Shown: one piece after another, positions 12,301 to 24,000 of the stretch
How positions within the stretch are numbered: the first letter of the stretch is position 1
Layout: the number at the start of each line of letters is the position of its first letter
DNA from: Botryllus schlosseri
Lineage: Eukaryota
NCBI GenBank assembly: GCA_051294905.1
Contig: CM119376.1
Coordinates: forward strand, 15,376,001-15,440,000
Direction: 5' to 3'
Length of the DNA: 64,000 nucleotides
Translations under genes and position numbers: made by a program
Notes under the pieces: generated by a model
Database searches by the model: none
Told to the model about the DNA's origin: nothing
What the model saw: only the letters and a program-made list of their open reading frames with translations

Positions 12301-15300
12301 AAGTCACGAAATAACATCATGTAGGCCTAACGAAGTCATATCAACGGGTCCGCCCGCCCGAAGATGTTTAATTATTATTTAGGGGCCCTTCCGTTTTCAA
12401 GACACTTCACTCAGCTCTACCGGTAAATCTAATTACGTGAGTGCAGAGGACAATAAATTGATAGCTTAATATATATGCAATCGCCGATCTGATTGACCGA
12501 TTTTATCATAAATTATCAAAAATTTTCGCGCCTCGCGCTGACTCACGATACAGTACAGATGATTTCGTGACAAACGCGAACAACGTGATGGAGGGGTCGT
12601 TTCATCACCCTATGCGAGCCCAAGACCCACGTTTGTGGGGGGCTGACGAGGTGCTGCTTCGTTCCTGCCAACGGGTATACGCCCGAAGATGTTTAATTAT
12701 TATTGAGTGGTCCTACCTTTTCAAACACACCTCACTCAGCTCTACCGGCAAATCTGATTACGTGAGCAGAGAGAAGATAAAAATTGATAACAATATATAT
12801 ACAATTCCCGATCATACTGACCGATTCAATCATGAATTCTAGAAATTTCGCGCACTTAGGCGACAAAAGCTGATTCACTGAACAAACTCCTAACGAATAT
12901 GATAAATAGCGGTAAACAGAGTATCGCCGAAGGGGGATCAGAAGTTCGGGCTATAACCCTATGGGGGGCCCAAGACCCAAGTTTTTTTTTGGGGGGGGGG
13001 GGCTGACGAAGTGCTGTTACGGCCCTGTATACATGTAGTGTATTTCGCTCTTGATGTTGTGTGATTGCGGGTCAAGCTCGTGGCAAAGAGTCACTATAAA
13101 TATTCACAAACCGAAAGCAGGATATTTCGAGCAAACTTTTGTAACAAAGCAAGAGAGAGAGAGAGAGATATGATATTCTTTCTCGCCTGCACCATCGAGA
13201 TGCTTTGGCGACGGAGTTGCGATACGGCCCCATGAGGTCATCTAGTCTGCGCCCCGTTTTTTTTTCTCCTCCATGCTATCCGTGATTGCTGAGCGCCTAG
13301 CAGGATAGCTGCGGATACCATTTTTCGAGTCTTTGGTATGACCCGGCCGGGGATCGAACCCACGACCTACCGCTCGAGAAGCCGGACGCATAACCATTAC
13401 ACTATCTCGCTCGGTTTGAGACTCTCAAGTTGCATACTTGTTTAGTGTAGATTTGCCACGCTGCCAGCGCCATGCATAGTGGCCCGCAGTTGAAATGCAA
13501 TAAATTTCAACCGAAGATGTTATGAAGTGAAAATTGTAATATATGTAAAAGGTTCACAGTGCAGAACCTACCAAGGTTCGTTTGTGAACGTGAACCTCTA
13601 AGTTTCGGAGGTTCGCACACAGAACGCGAACGTGAACTTCACGTTCACACCATCCCTAATAGACACCCATTTCACATGCCATGGTCGGATACACCAGCTT
13701 TCGCACCGGTTGTATAGAACCGCCACACGAAATTTTATGAGATCAGCGAACGGGTGAGCAATTTTTCCGTTACTCGTTACTGCCAATGCGCTTTTGCAAC
13801 AGAACCAACTGAAAAATATGACTTTTATGATATTATCGACTGACAACAAATTTGTATCTGACCCGCGGCCGGTAGGCCGCACTGCACAAAGCACACCAGC
13901 CCGTCCCTAGGCTGTAGGAAACGCTGTGTGTTATTTGAACAAATGTGTGATTGCGTATGTGTTCCGATGGACACACACACACACATAGCCTGACTAACTG
14001 AATAGCAAAGTTGAACTTTTACAGAAATAACTGTTTTTCCACTGCCTGTCGAGCATGGCGGGAACGTTGCCGAAGATGTCTTTACAACGGCTATTGGTAA
14101 TTATACAAAACATGTTTACGCGGATTGTCAACAAGGTTAGTCCCGACTTCATTTGGTTGGATATGATTCTCCAGCTATCGGTGTTCGCTATTCAGCTATA
14201 AACGCTCTTGCCAAATAGTTATAAACAAATAATAGCACCCAGAAGAAGTATAGGCATGATATATAGCAGTGGTCCGGAACCTTTTTTGTCCGAAGAGCCA
14301 TATTGACCCTATTTTTTCCATCTCAACTCCCAAAGAGCCATACATGCCAATGAACTGTTACGTCACCATTGAAAATTCGTCACGTCATGGTAGCAGTAAT
14401 TCGAACTCACTACATGGGATTCCACGTGTGCGTCATATTTTCTTTGTAAAACGGGTATGTATTGTACGGAAATAAAGCTCGAAACGAGAGGTAAGGCACA
14501 GACGGGCCAAGCCTCACCATTGATAACGCAATTCGTCGTAAGTACCTTAGAATTTATTATAACTGATATTTATCGAATGTAACTGTCACACTGATTCCGA
14601 AAATTGAAATAATTCTCGACTTCTCGATTGTCAAGGTTTCCGGCGGTAACACAACATTGCGCTGCACGCATACATTTTATCGCCGGTACTACAGAGCTAC
14701 TTACTAATCAAGAACGTGGATATCTATGGCGTTGTTTGTAATTCGATTTTGTAATTGTGAATGTTACGTCCACGGCAGTTTATTTCGCGCCGTAGATCAG
14801 GAAGACAATGTGTTGTGTATTTGAAAACTGCGTTCTGAAATCGGCGTCATCATGTCTGCCATGCTCTTTGATTAATCAACGTGTCGCACAATTCAAGATG
14901 TCGAGTACATAGAATTCGCGAGTGATATTGACCGCCGGCGTGACAGCAACTTGAATTTTATGATTTTGAAAAGAGGAGGGATGAGCCCTTAAACATGAAG
15001 ACGGCATTGTCTTTACCTCTCAAAGACATGTTTATACTGTCACGAGAATAATTATTCCGGCCGTGATGAAACTTTACCAACAAATCGCTGCAATATTGAT
15101 CAATTCAGTACAAAAATAAATATTCGGCAAAGAGCCATATTTTATTCCCAAAAGAGCCATAGGTTCCCGACCACTGATATATAGGGTTACCATACATCCT
15201 CATTTAGGATTTGTCCTCCTTTTTCATGTTTTTGAAAACTTCCTCCGATGACGCCTAATGTCCTCCGTTTTGGCAATTCGTCCTCCTTTACAGCTTTTAG

Positions 15301-15799
15301 AGGTAAGATAGTGGATACATTCGAGTGAAAATGGGCATAAATGACACTAAATAGGAAATTCGTGGTTCGAACGAAAGTGACGTTTTTTTAGTCTACCAAC
15401 CACAATGTCGTGGAAAATCTACCATTTTTCCAGATTTTACTCCAGTATTCTAAGTCTGAAAATTTTGAAAGTGTCCTCCTTTCCCGATTCCAAAATATGG
15501 TAACCCTATGATATATATCGAATATAGCCTACTGTCGTCTTTTTGTCGAAATATAGCCTACTTTAAAGCTTTGGCTATGCAGATTGAGATCAGAGTGCGA
15601 TGCGGAAACTTTTCTGTGTATTTTTTCCATAGCAACTGTCATGCGTGAAGTGCTGCAGGAAATTGTGGATCATATCCTCAAATGGGGAACAGAACAATTG
15701 ACTCCGTTCGAAGATGAACTATCTACTGTCGATCTTTCTCACGACAAAACTTCATTGATTAACTCAACAATGTGCTATGAGAGAAACAGTATTGCGTGA
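9327..15799 (+). CDS. Unrecognised 4-exon protein-coding gene (~193 aa), possibly a degenerate small-GTPase fold
   Basis: Exons 9327-9512, 9578-9734, 14025-14096, 15633-15799. All introns are GT-AG with matching phases (0,1,1). 582 nt total, in-frame stop upstream of the ATG. Product: MPFRKPRPRVFRIVTYG...PIYYHKANFILFF...GGNVAEDVFTTAIATVMREVLQEIVDHILKWG...RNSIA*. Extra exons in the 4.3-kb second intron are possible. Confidence 0.6.
9804..10314 (+). mobile_element. TAGGGCTGG-family hAT-type MITE (copy 1)
   Basis: TIR TAGGGCTGGGCA...TGTCCAGCCCTA. TSD gtgattag / gtgatcag. Highly similar to 26752-27279 and 45564-46067. Confidence 0.9.
11749..13027. mobile_element. CAGGxCCGTAAC-family MITE, complete copy
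   Basis: TIR CAGCACCGTAAC...GTTACGGCCCTG. Perfect TSD tatacatg (11741-11748, 13028-13035). Internal duplicated modules. Confidence 0.85.
13190..13414 (-). mobile_element. tRNA-derived SINE
   Basis: Minus strand has Pol III box A (TAGTGTAATGG) and box B (GGTTCGATCCC), followed by the core GGTCATACCAAAGACTCGAAAAATGGTATCC...CCTGCTAGGCGCTCAGCA. Diverged second copy at ~52745. Confidence 0.8.
14267..15176. mobile_element. hAT-type (CAGTGGTC) MITE in an intron of the orphan gene
   Basis: TIR CAGTGGTCCGGAACC...GGTTCCCGACCACTG. Perfect TSD atatatag (14259-14266, 15177-15184). Confidence 0.9.
15182..15508. mobile_element. TAGGGTTACC-type MITE
   Basis: TIR TAGGGTTACCAT...ATGGTAACCCTA with gtcctc-rich subterminal repeats. 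The flanking tgatata duplication becomes visible once 14267-15176 is removed. A related fragment is at ~10322. Confidence 0.75.
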
Positions 15800-18009
15800 C
15801 GAATTCTTTCAACTGAAAATATGTATACGTTGGTAACTTGGAATTTCGGGATTTTGTGGCGCACCAACTGGGCCGCTGGTATATACGCGTATATTTTATC
15901 TTCTGTCATTGGATAAATATATTATACTTACTCTACAACTTTCTTGCGGTAGACTGAAGCGATGGTTAGTAGCCTACATATGCTGAATTGCTGATGAATT
16001 CCGAAATGTGAATGTTGCTAACTTTCGATAAACATAGCTTGCCTACCGTCGTTCGTACGTGTCCAGTGTCCACGCCGTATGTAGGTAGCCTATAGGTTTT
16101 CCCTAAATGCGATGTTTGCATGGCGGGAATGTAGGGGGGGGGGGTCGCAACTATATCAATTTGAAAAAATATGTCGCAGTCGTGATTTCCAAGTCGGTAG
16201 TTGTAACTCGCAGCGACGTCTCCCGTATTCCCAATCGTATAGAAGTATTGAACTACATTATAGGGACTAGTAGTCGCAATTTCACATCTGTGGGATAATC
16301 TGAAGCACGATTGAGAAGCGTAATGACATTTTCCAGAGCTGTGAGAATGCAGGGTGTAAGGCGCTATTTGAAGTTGGGACGGAATCGTAGCTTGTAAGTT
16401 TCAACTGCCGGATTCGATAAACGGTACTCTTCCGCTTCCGGCATCAGCAAGGAATTAATTGCCGTGGAGATACGCACGCGTCAAGCGTTCCAGTGTGCGG
16501 ATTGCAGCCGCCCATCACGCTTCGCGCAGACCCTTCTCTGCAACTCCGCTCTCGATAGCTCGATGATTGAACGTGATGGACGAACAGCGTCACATCCTTC
16601 CTGGCCCGTCAACACGCGATTAGCGCCGTAAGCCTAACGTTCCAAAACTTCCTCCTAGCTGCATCACGGTTCCGACCTACTATTCCACTGCAACGTAAAC
16701 ACGAGGAATGCACGGGACAGTTGCAATGTGCAGTGTTCATTTATTTTTCGAAATGAAATTCATTCACACATCGGGTGTATAAAGACTAAGGTAAGGAAGA
16801 GAACTTTGAGAAGAAATCGAGAATTACGTCTGAAACTATAGCCTCGTTTAAAGATGAGGTCGTAAAATAGCGAACGGTTCGCATACAACCCCGGCAAGGT
16901 CCGTCCGTGTCGGGGTCGCACGCAATAATTTAGCGATTAGGCGAGATGCTGTTAAATCGTGAAGCATCTCCGGTCGTAAATTCAGCGAAATTGCACCTGA
17001 CCGCCGAATTTCACGCAGTAAGGTCGCGGCGACGGACTTGTCGCGCGCCAGAGCCCGCTGACAATCGTTACACATTTCAAAAAGGCGCAGCAATAAATAA
17101 TCGGAAAAATTGAGATGCAATAAAACAAAAAAATATAAGTTTAATTAAATCGATGCTCTTGTATAAGTTAAAAAATAGTCCGGTTGTTTAATGGTAAGGA
17201 TCAAATCTCGATCGGGACCTGAAAGGGAGCGGGTGCCGATGTCTGATGCAGGAAAAAAGCACGACGATACTTTACACTGTATTATGGTGATAAGAGTAAA
17301 GCAGATGAAAAGTTATCGCACAAAGAGAAACGCAAAAACACCTTTTCTTCATTTTATTTAGAAAAACAAAAGAAGCAAGTAATCTTGTACCATCCAGCTT
17401 CAAGAATCCATAAACGCGTTCCCTCTGCGTAGCGTCGAGTAGGCTACCACACAGGCCACTCGCTGTCCTCCGGCCATGCAAAGCACGCAAGTAGGCCGTG
17501 CCCGCGCTGACGTAGGGAGCTTGATGACATACCCAGGTGCGCTTCACAAAGTCTTCGCTGAGATTATTTGCGACAGTGGTATCGAAAGACTGATCGTGAT
17601 GCGAGCAGCCCGGGGGGAGGGGCGAATATCACGAATGCATCTATTCAAAACCTCGGCGATCGCCGGGTCGAATATGCGAAAGACATTTCGAGTAGGAAGA
17701 CTACAGTCCAAGCTCTAACATCCACAGCAGCATTTAGCCAGAGGGAGGGGGGAAGGAGGTGAAAATATTTCTAGTCCCTCCAAAATACGGGAAGCAGTCA
17801 CCGTCACGTGGTACATACTCCGATTATCTGCCTCCTCCTGGCTACGCCCCACATACCCACACGAACTTTACCCGGAAAGTGTCACTTTGGTGCCGATAGC
17901 GGCGATTTCAAACATACACAGGCCCGCGGCCACTCGCTCGGCAAGATATCAGTTGGCTTCCACCGTTCCTGTGGGGTCCACGGTTAACACGCGTCCCGGC
18001 CCAGGCCGA

Positions 18010-21000
18010 TCACCGCCTGCCGCGCTTTTGCTTCGAGCCATCGTTACGCCCCGCGGAAAACTGCGCCTCGTGCCGCCCGCCGCAAGCCCGGCACGCCACA
18101 CCGCACCCGTGGCACGCTTTTAACGGTGGGTACAAGCACAAGCACGGACATATAAGACTCAGCGCCGCCAGCGCGGCCCATCGCCGGGCCGAGTTGCCCC
18201 GCCCGCACGAACAAGGGTCCGCATCATAGTCCCCCTCGTCGTCCCGGCAGCAGTGGTAAAACACCGAGTGCACGCAGCACATGCACGTGGCGCGGTCGAT
18301 ATTCCTAAGACACGGGTCCGGCGCCTCGCGACAAGACCCGGGCCTGTTTCGCTCGTGGTTAAACACCTCCTGGCAGTGCCGGCACCGGGACCGCTCGGCC
18401 AGGTCGTCCTTGTGTTTACGCGGTTTTCGCTTGGCGCTCAGACGCGGGCAGCAGCATGACCCGCCACCGTCATCGGCGCTACCGTAGTCCGCCTTATGCC
18501 TCGATTTCTTAGGGCTGGACAGTAAACTGTTCCCGGGCTCGCATCGGATAGCGTCGTACTTAATCGAGTCAATGTGCGACGTGTAGTACATGTCCGAACG
18601 GCTGTAAAACGCTGACGTGTCGTTAGACGCCATGATGGACAACGTCCCGCTTTGGGGTGGTTGATAAGGCGGGCATCCACGTCTCGTCGATAAAATAGGG
18701 TGGTACTGATCGATGAGAGCCAGCGGCTTGTAATTACCAGACCGTATCGTGGTCAGGGCCGCCGTCATTTCCGACGCGGTACCCCGGTCCAGCCTCTGCG
18801 AGGGCTTGGACGACGAAAAAAACACGTACGAGTTGGGCTCGGTCGGTTTCAGGTCTCTGCGCCTTTCGAGGTCGTCCAGGTGCGGGGTCTTGGTGTGGCG
18901 CGATCGCTGGTGGTGGTGGTGCTGGCTTCTCTGACGACCGTGGGCCGGCTGGACACGACGATCGTCGCGCCCGCGCGCTCGACTAGGTTGCGTTTCCACG
19001 GGCCGGTCGCCGCTTAGTGAGCCAGATTCTGGCGTTTTCGCCGCGTCCGGCTCGGTGTTATCGGGCACGGGCATCTAAAAACGATTGAGTTTTTTGTTTT
19101 TAATCTACACTTCCTAGAACACGGGTTCTTAACAAGGGGTGCCAAGCTATTTTTTCACTCAACATCACCGATTTTCCTACTTATTGCTCAAAAATACAGC
19201 GCAAAGGAGAGGTGAAGCACAGACGATTGAAATATAACGATATAGAAAAGGTGAATGGAACCGGAATCGAGTTTCTTGGTATGACTGACAGGTTGTTAAC
19301 GCTTTGCAAAAAAGCAGATTGATTGAAAATATGACTCTAAGTCGTCAATCAGTTCATATTTCTCCTACGTCGAGTCCTAGTCAAGTTAGGTCCTTTGAGG
19401 GCAGTGAATAGAGTCAAGTCACGATTCCTGTCATTGCAACACTGATTATAAGACTGATTTTAACGCATGCATTCAACACGCCGGTCATAAATTCCGCTTA
19501 TTACAATTATATTTACTTCCGTCGGCCATTAAACGAGAGATTTTCAGGAAAATCAGAGTGTACGAGCTCTAAAAGGTTAAAAAACACTGTCCTAGAATCT
19601 TACCTGCGGTTTGGGCAACGCCACTACGTCCCCTTCACGGCAGGCACCCGTTTGCGCATGCGTCGGCAACGTAAACGACGACGCCTCGTACGAGGACCCG
19701 TCTTGGTGCAGGTGACGATTGAGAAAGGTGAGATTCGCCTGGTACCCCTGCTGCTGCGGCAAGGGCCACCGAAAGTGCGACTGCCCCAAGTCGCAAGAGG
19801 ACGGCGTGTCGCAATACCGCGGCGACGCCGACGACAACAGCGACAGCGTGGGCGCGGTCGACGAGACGACAGGCTGCCGCGTCAGAGATCGATTCTAAAC
19901 AGAGGGCATAAATACAGTCAGCGTAGATTCGTGGCCGAAAATTGCTACTCAATGACATGAAGCCATTACCGGGCCGAGACTTGTCAAAACTAAGTAAAGT
20001 GGAAGCAGAAACTGAAGGCTCGAATAATAATCAAAAAGTTATTTGGTCGAGAGGTGGCATAGGCTACTTTGAAGTTTGAACAGTTCGTCGAAGGAGACTC
20101 CATTCGCAACTGAAAGACGTATCTTCAAATTACCGCGATACAGAAACAATTTCACTCGGTTCTCATAAGAATTTTGCTACGAAAGGTGATGCTAAAACTA
20201 ATTTCTAAACATCAAGTAACTAGAAGTAAGCAATTTTCCAAAAAGAATAAGCATAAATAGAAGTAACGCAATCTACAAACACAACCACTCGAGTACTCCG
20301 TAAAAGTAGAAGTGGCGTACTTTGTTTTTCTTTTACTGTTTTATTCATCATTCACTTCGTTAGTCATGTCGTTAAAAAGTCACCTTGATTGAGGTACTGG
20401 ATGAACTCGAGTTGTGAACAGTGCGCACGGGCCTGCCAGGCTTCGGTCCGGGCGAGACCCCCCGGCGCGTGCCGCGTCTGGACGACGACGTGGAAGAAGC
20501 GGACGACGTCGAGTGTTTCTTGTGGGTGTCCAGGGGTGTGCGACGCGCCGAAAACGACCCGTTCTCGCATGGCGAAGAAGACCCCGTCGACGACGCTGGC
20601 GAAGTGCAAGACTGAAATAGAACGCAAAATAAATTGAAATCGTGCAACCGCAGCGCTCTCCTGCGGACCCACGCTTCAGCGGTGGGTTTCAAAATTCAGG
20701 TTTCAGCAGTTCAAATTCAAGTACCCAAGTACTGCTTACAAGAGTGTCACAACATCAACAACATCAGAGTAGTTCAAGTCTACATGACAGTTTTCAGTTT
20801 TTAGGCAAAACTAGGCCCACTGGCCCAGAACACCTATTTTTACACTCGCTCCAAAATTGCTGCTTCTACTTCAATTCACGAGTTACTTCTACTAACAACA
20901 ACTGCTTTGACCACCACTGATCAAATTACAGATCTTACCACAGCGCTGTGCACTGTTTCACCAGACAGAGCTGATCTGCGGTCTAATATTAGCACACAAT

Positions 21001-24000
21001 GGCTTTGGACGACCGCACCAATCCCACGACTAAATCGCTGCTCACTCAGCCGGCAGTCAAGTCCAAATAGCGCACCCCATAACATTCACAATCCTAATGA
21101 GCGGTTCTTTATTTTTATCTGTTCAAGAAACACTAAATTTATGAGAATGCCACACTCGAGCATACAAGTCACATGCTTAAGTGTGGCAAGTTCAACTACG
21201 TGTCTCTCAATCTATCGTCCGCCTCAACCTGTAGTGTCCTATGTAACAGTATTCGATTGTGATCTTTCCGCTGTCTGTCTTTCCCCAGTCGCCCAGCAAA
21301 CGGCATTCGGACGCACGCTATATTTAGCCGATGCCTAATCTCGCAGAGAGAAAAATACAGGCTATAAAAAAAACTCACCGAATGATGCTCGTCTGACGCC
21401 CGACTGCACATTAGGGTTGTTCAGATTTGAAAAATTGTCAGGAAACTTCGATGCTTGTGACCCAAATGAAGGTTTAGTACATAAAAACACTTTTATAACC
21501 AATTCTGGTCATCTTCGTCGTGATCTTCTATCCCCGAAAGCCCCCCAAAGATCCACGGGGCAATTCTCCTTACTACTGGATATGCAATGTTGACCACGTC
21601 ACCGGTTTATTGCTTTTGTGACGTTATCAGTTGAAAACGACCGTGTAGAGATGATATATTGCAATAAAATAGCCATGATTTCAAAATTGTACTTAACTGC
21701 AGTCCCATTAAGGCCACATGCGTAACGATTTCACCCTGCAAAACCTGTCTATCATGCTCATGGGAATCATGTATTGGTTGCACCATTGACATCGGCTTGT
21801 TTTGGATCGTACATTGAAGAAGCGCCGTTGAGTTGCAATTCGTCAACAAATACTGATATTCCCAGCTAGTTTTCAGCCATAAGATATTATTCAAAGGTAT
21901 GTAATGTCAGTAATACTTTTCTCAACTTCAAATCATCTGTAAAATACCGAGTTATCTTATTTTATGGTAGACTGCAATTTAGTTGAAGAAGAATGCCTGA
22001 AACAATGCATCAACACAATGTTCAGCGCTTGCCTTATAGATATTCTTGTCATATTCCATACGTTGTCAACCTCTTCAACAGTTAGAAGGACACAGTCCTG
22101 CGTTGTGGTAGTTTCGGGGCGATTTTCTTTCAGATATGGCGGGTGTAGTAGAACCTCATCTAGAGTCGGTAACTTGGAGTGACTAATACACTCGGATAAA
22201 TATCCTTCCGAATAGTGACCAGAATATCAGACCAAATAGTGGACAGACCTGAATCTTGTTCATGATTGGTCCGCAAAACCCATATCCGCTTTGTTTCAGA
22301 CTTTCTTCTGCAACTAAATTGCAGTCTACCATAAAATAAGATAACTCGGTATTTTACAGATGATTTGAAGTTGAGAAAAGTATTACTGACATTACATACC
22401 TTTGAATAATATCTTATGGCTGAAAACTAGCTGGGAATATCAGTATTTGTTGACGAATTGCAACTCAACGGCGCTTCTTCAATGTAGGATCCAAAACAAG
22501 CCGATATCAATGGTGCAACCGATACATGATTCCCATGAGCATGATAGACAGTTTGTGCAGTGTGAAATCGTTATGCATGTGGCCTTAATGGGACTGCATT
22601 TAAGTACATTTTTGAAATCATGGCTATTTTATTGCAATATATCATCTCTGCACAGCCGTTTTCAACTGATAACTTCACAAAAGCTATAAACCGGTGACGT
22701 GGTCAACATTGCATATCCAGTAGTAAGGAGAATTGCCCCATGGATCTTCGGGGGGTTTTCGGGGATAGAAGATCGCGACGAAGATGACCAAAATTGCTCA
22801 TAAAAGTGTTTTTATGTACTAAACCTTCATTTGGGTCACAAGCATCGAAGTTTCCTGACAATTTTTCAAATCTGAACAACCCTACTGCACATACTGCTGG
22901 CACTGCTGCTCGCATAGTCGGGAACTGAAAAAGAATAGCCATCGATAAGCCGTGGTCGGGCTAAAGGCTAACAAGGCCGCGAGTAGCAAGCTAGCCGCGA
23001 TATCCTATTCACAAAAACAGGTTGATGGGAATACGATTGTTCGCGCGGCCCGCACATGCCTACATTTACGCGGAATCCCGTCGTTTCGAGGCGGATGAAA
23101 GGGCGGAAATGGAATTCAAATAAACACAGGCCCGGGAACGCACGCATACGCTACATAATGGCGAAGCCAGCCTACGGAAAAATAACGTTTGCGGTATTCC
23201 GCGAAGCTGTAATCAAGTTGTGTCGAACGCGTTCTGCAAATAAAAGCAGACATCCGCCGTTAAGCGCTGTAATGCGTGCGACAACGCGAAACCTACATAC
23301 GTAACCCTCTGGCAAAATCGAGGTACGGGATTTCGTTTAGGTTCGCGCGGCGTTCAACGCCGAAATTCCATTGAGAGAACGAGAGAGAGCGCTCGCGCTC
23401 GCTGTCACTCCTTTTAAATTTCCCAGTGTCGTTTCCGGTCCCGTTGAACAGTTTTTCAGATACGCGCGACAAGCGAATATATTCTCTCGCGCCGTAGAAT
23501 CGGCAAGGTCACAAGTAACGACATCCGAAGCATGGCGACGCCATTTCTTCGGCGAGTCGATGTTACAGCCTTTAGCCGGAATATAGCTAAAACGCCATTC
23601 GGATTTGGCCGAGGAACAACATTTCGATTGTAATGATCGCTATCCGGTCGACGTAATCACACTAATTTACACCAAACGGATACAAATAAGGCGATCTATA
23701 TTTAGAAGATTCATTATTACGTTATCGAGACAATGCTGGCTTTAATTCGGAAGTCAAATTTGAACCGCGCGGAATCATTGATTATAACGCGAACGCACAC
23801 CAAAAGCAGCAGCAGTGGACGACGCGCGCCGATGACCAACAAACGCCGGCTCTGTGACCAAACAATATCGCCATCCGTCCCGATATAATCGCTTCATTTC
23901 AACGACCACAGGCGTCGCGCAAAGTCGGAAGTGAACGCCCCGCTTTCGAGGCCACCGCGAAACTGCCATAACAGCCGACGAAGACTCGAAGGCCGTATTG

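Noticed and set aside
21607-22689. Two near-identical 95-aa ORFs (21607-21894 minus, 22402-22689 plus)
   Set aside because: Mirror images from the inverted arms, with no recognisable domain.
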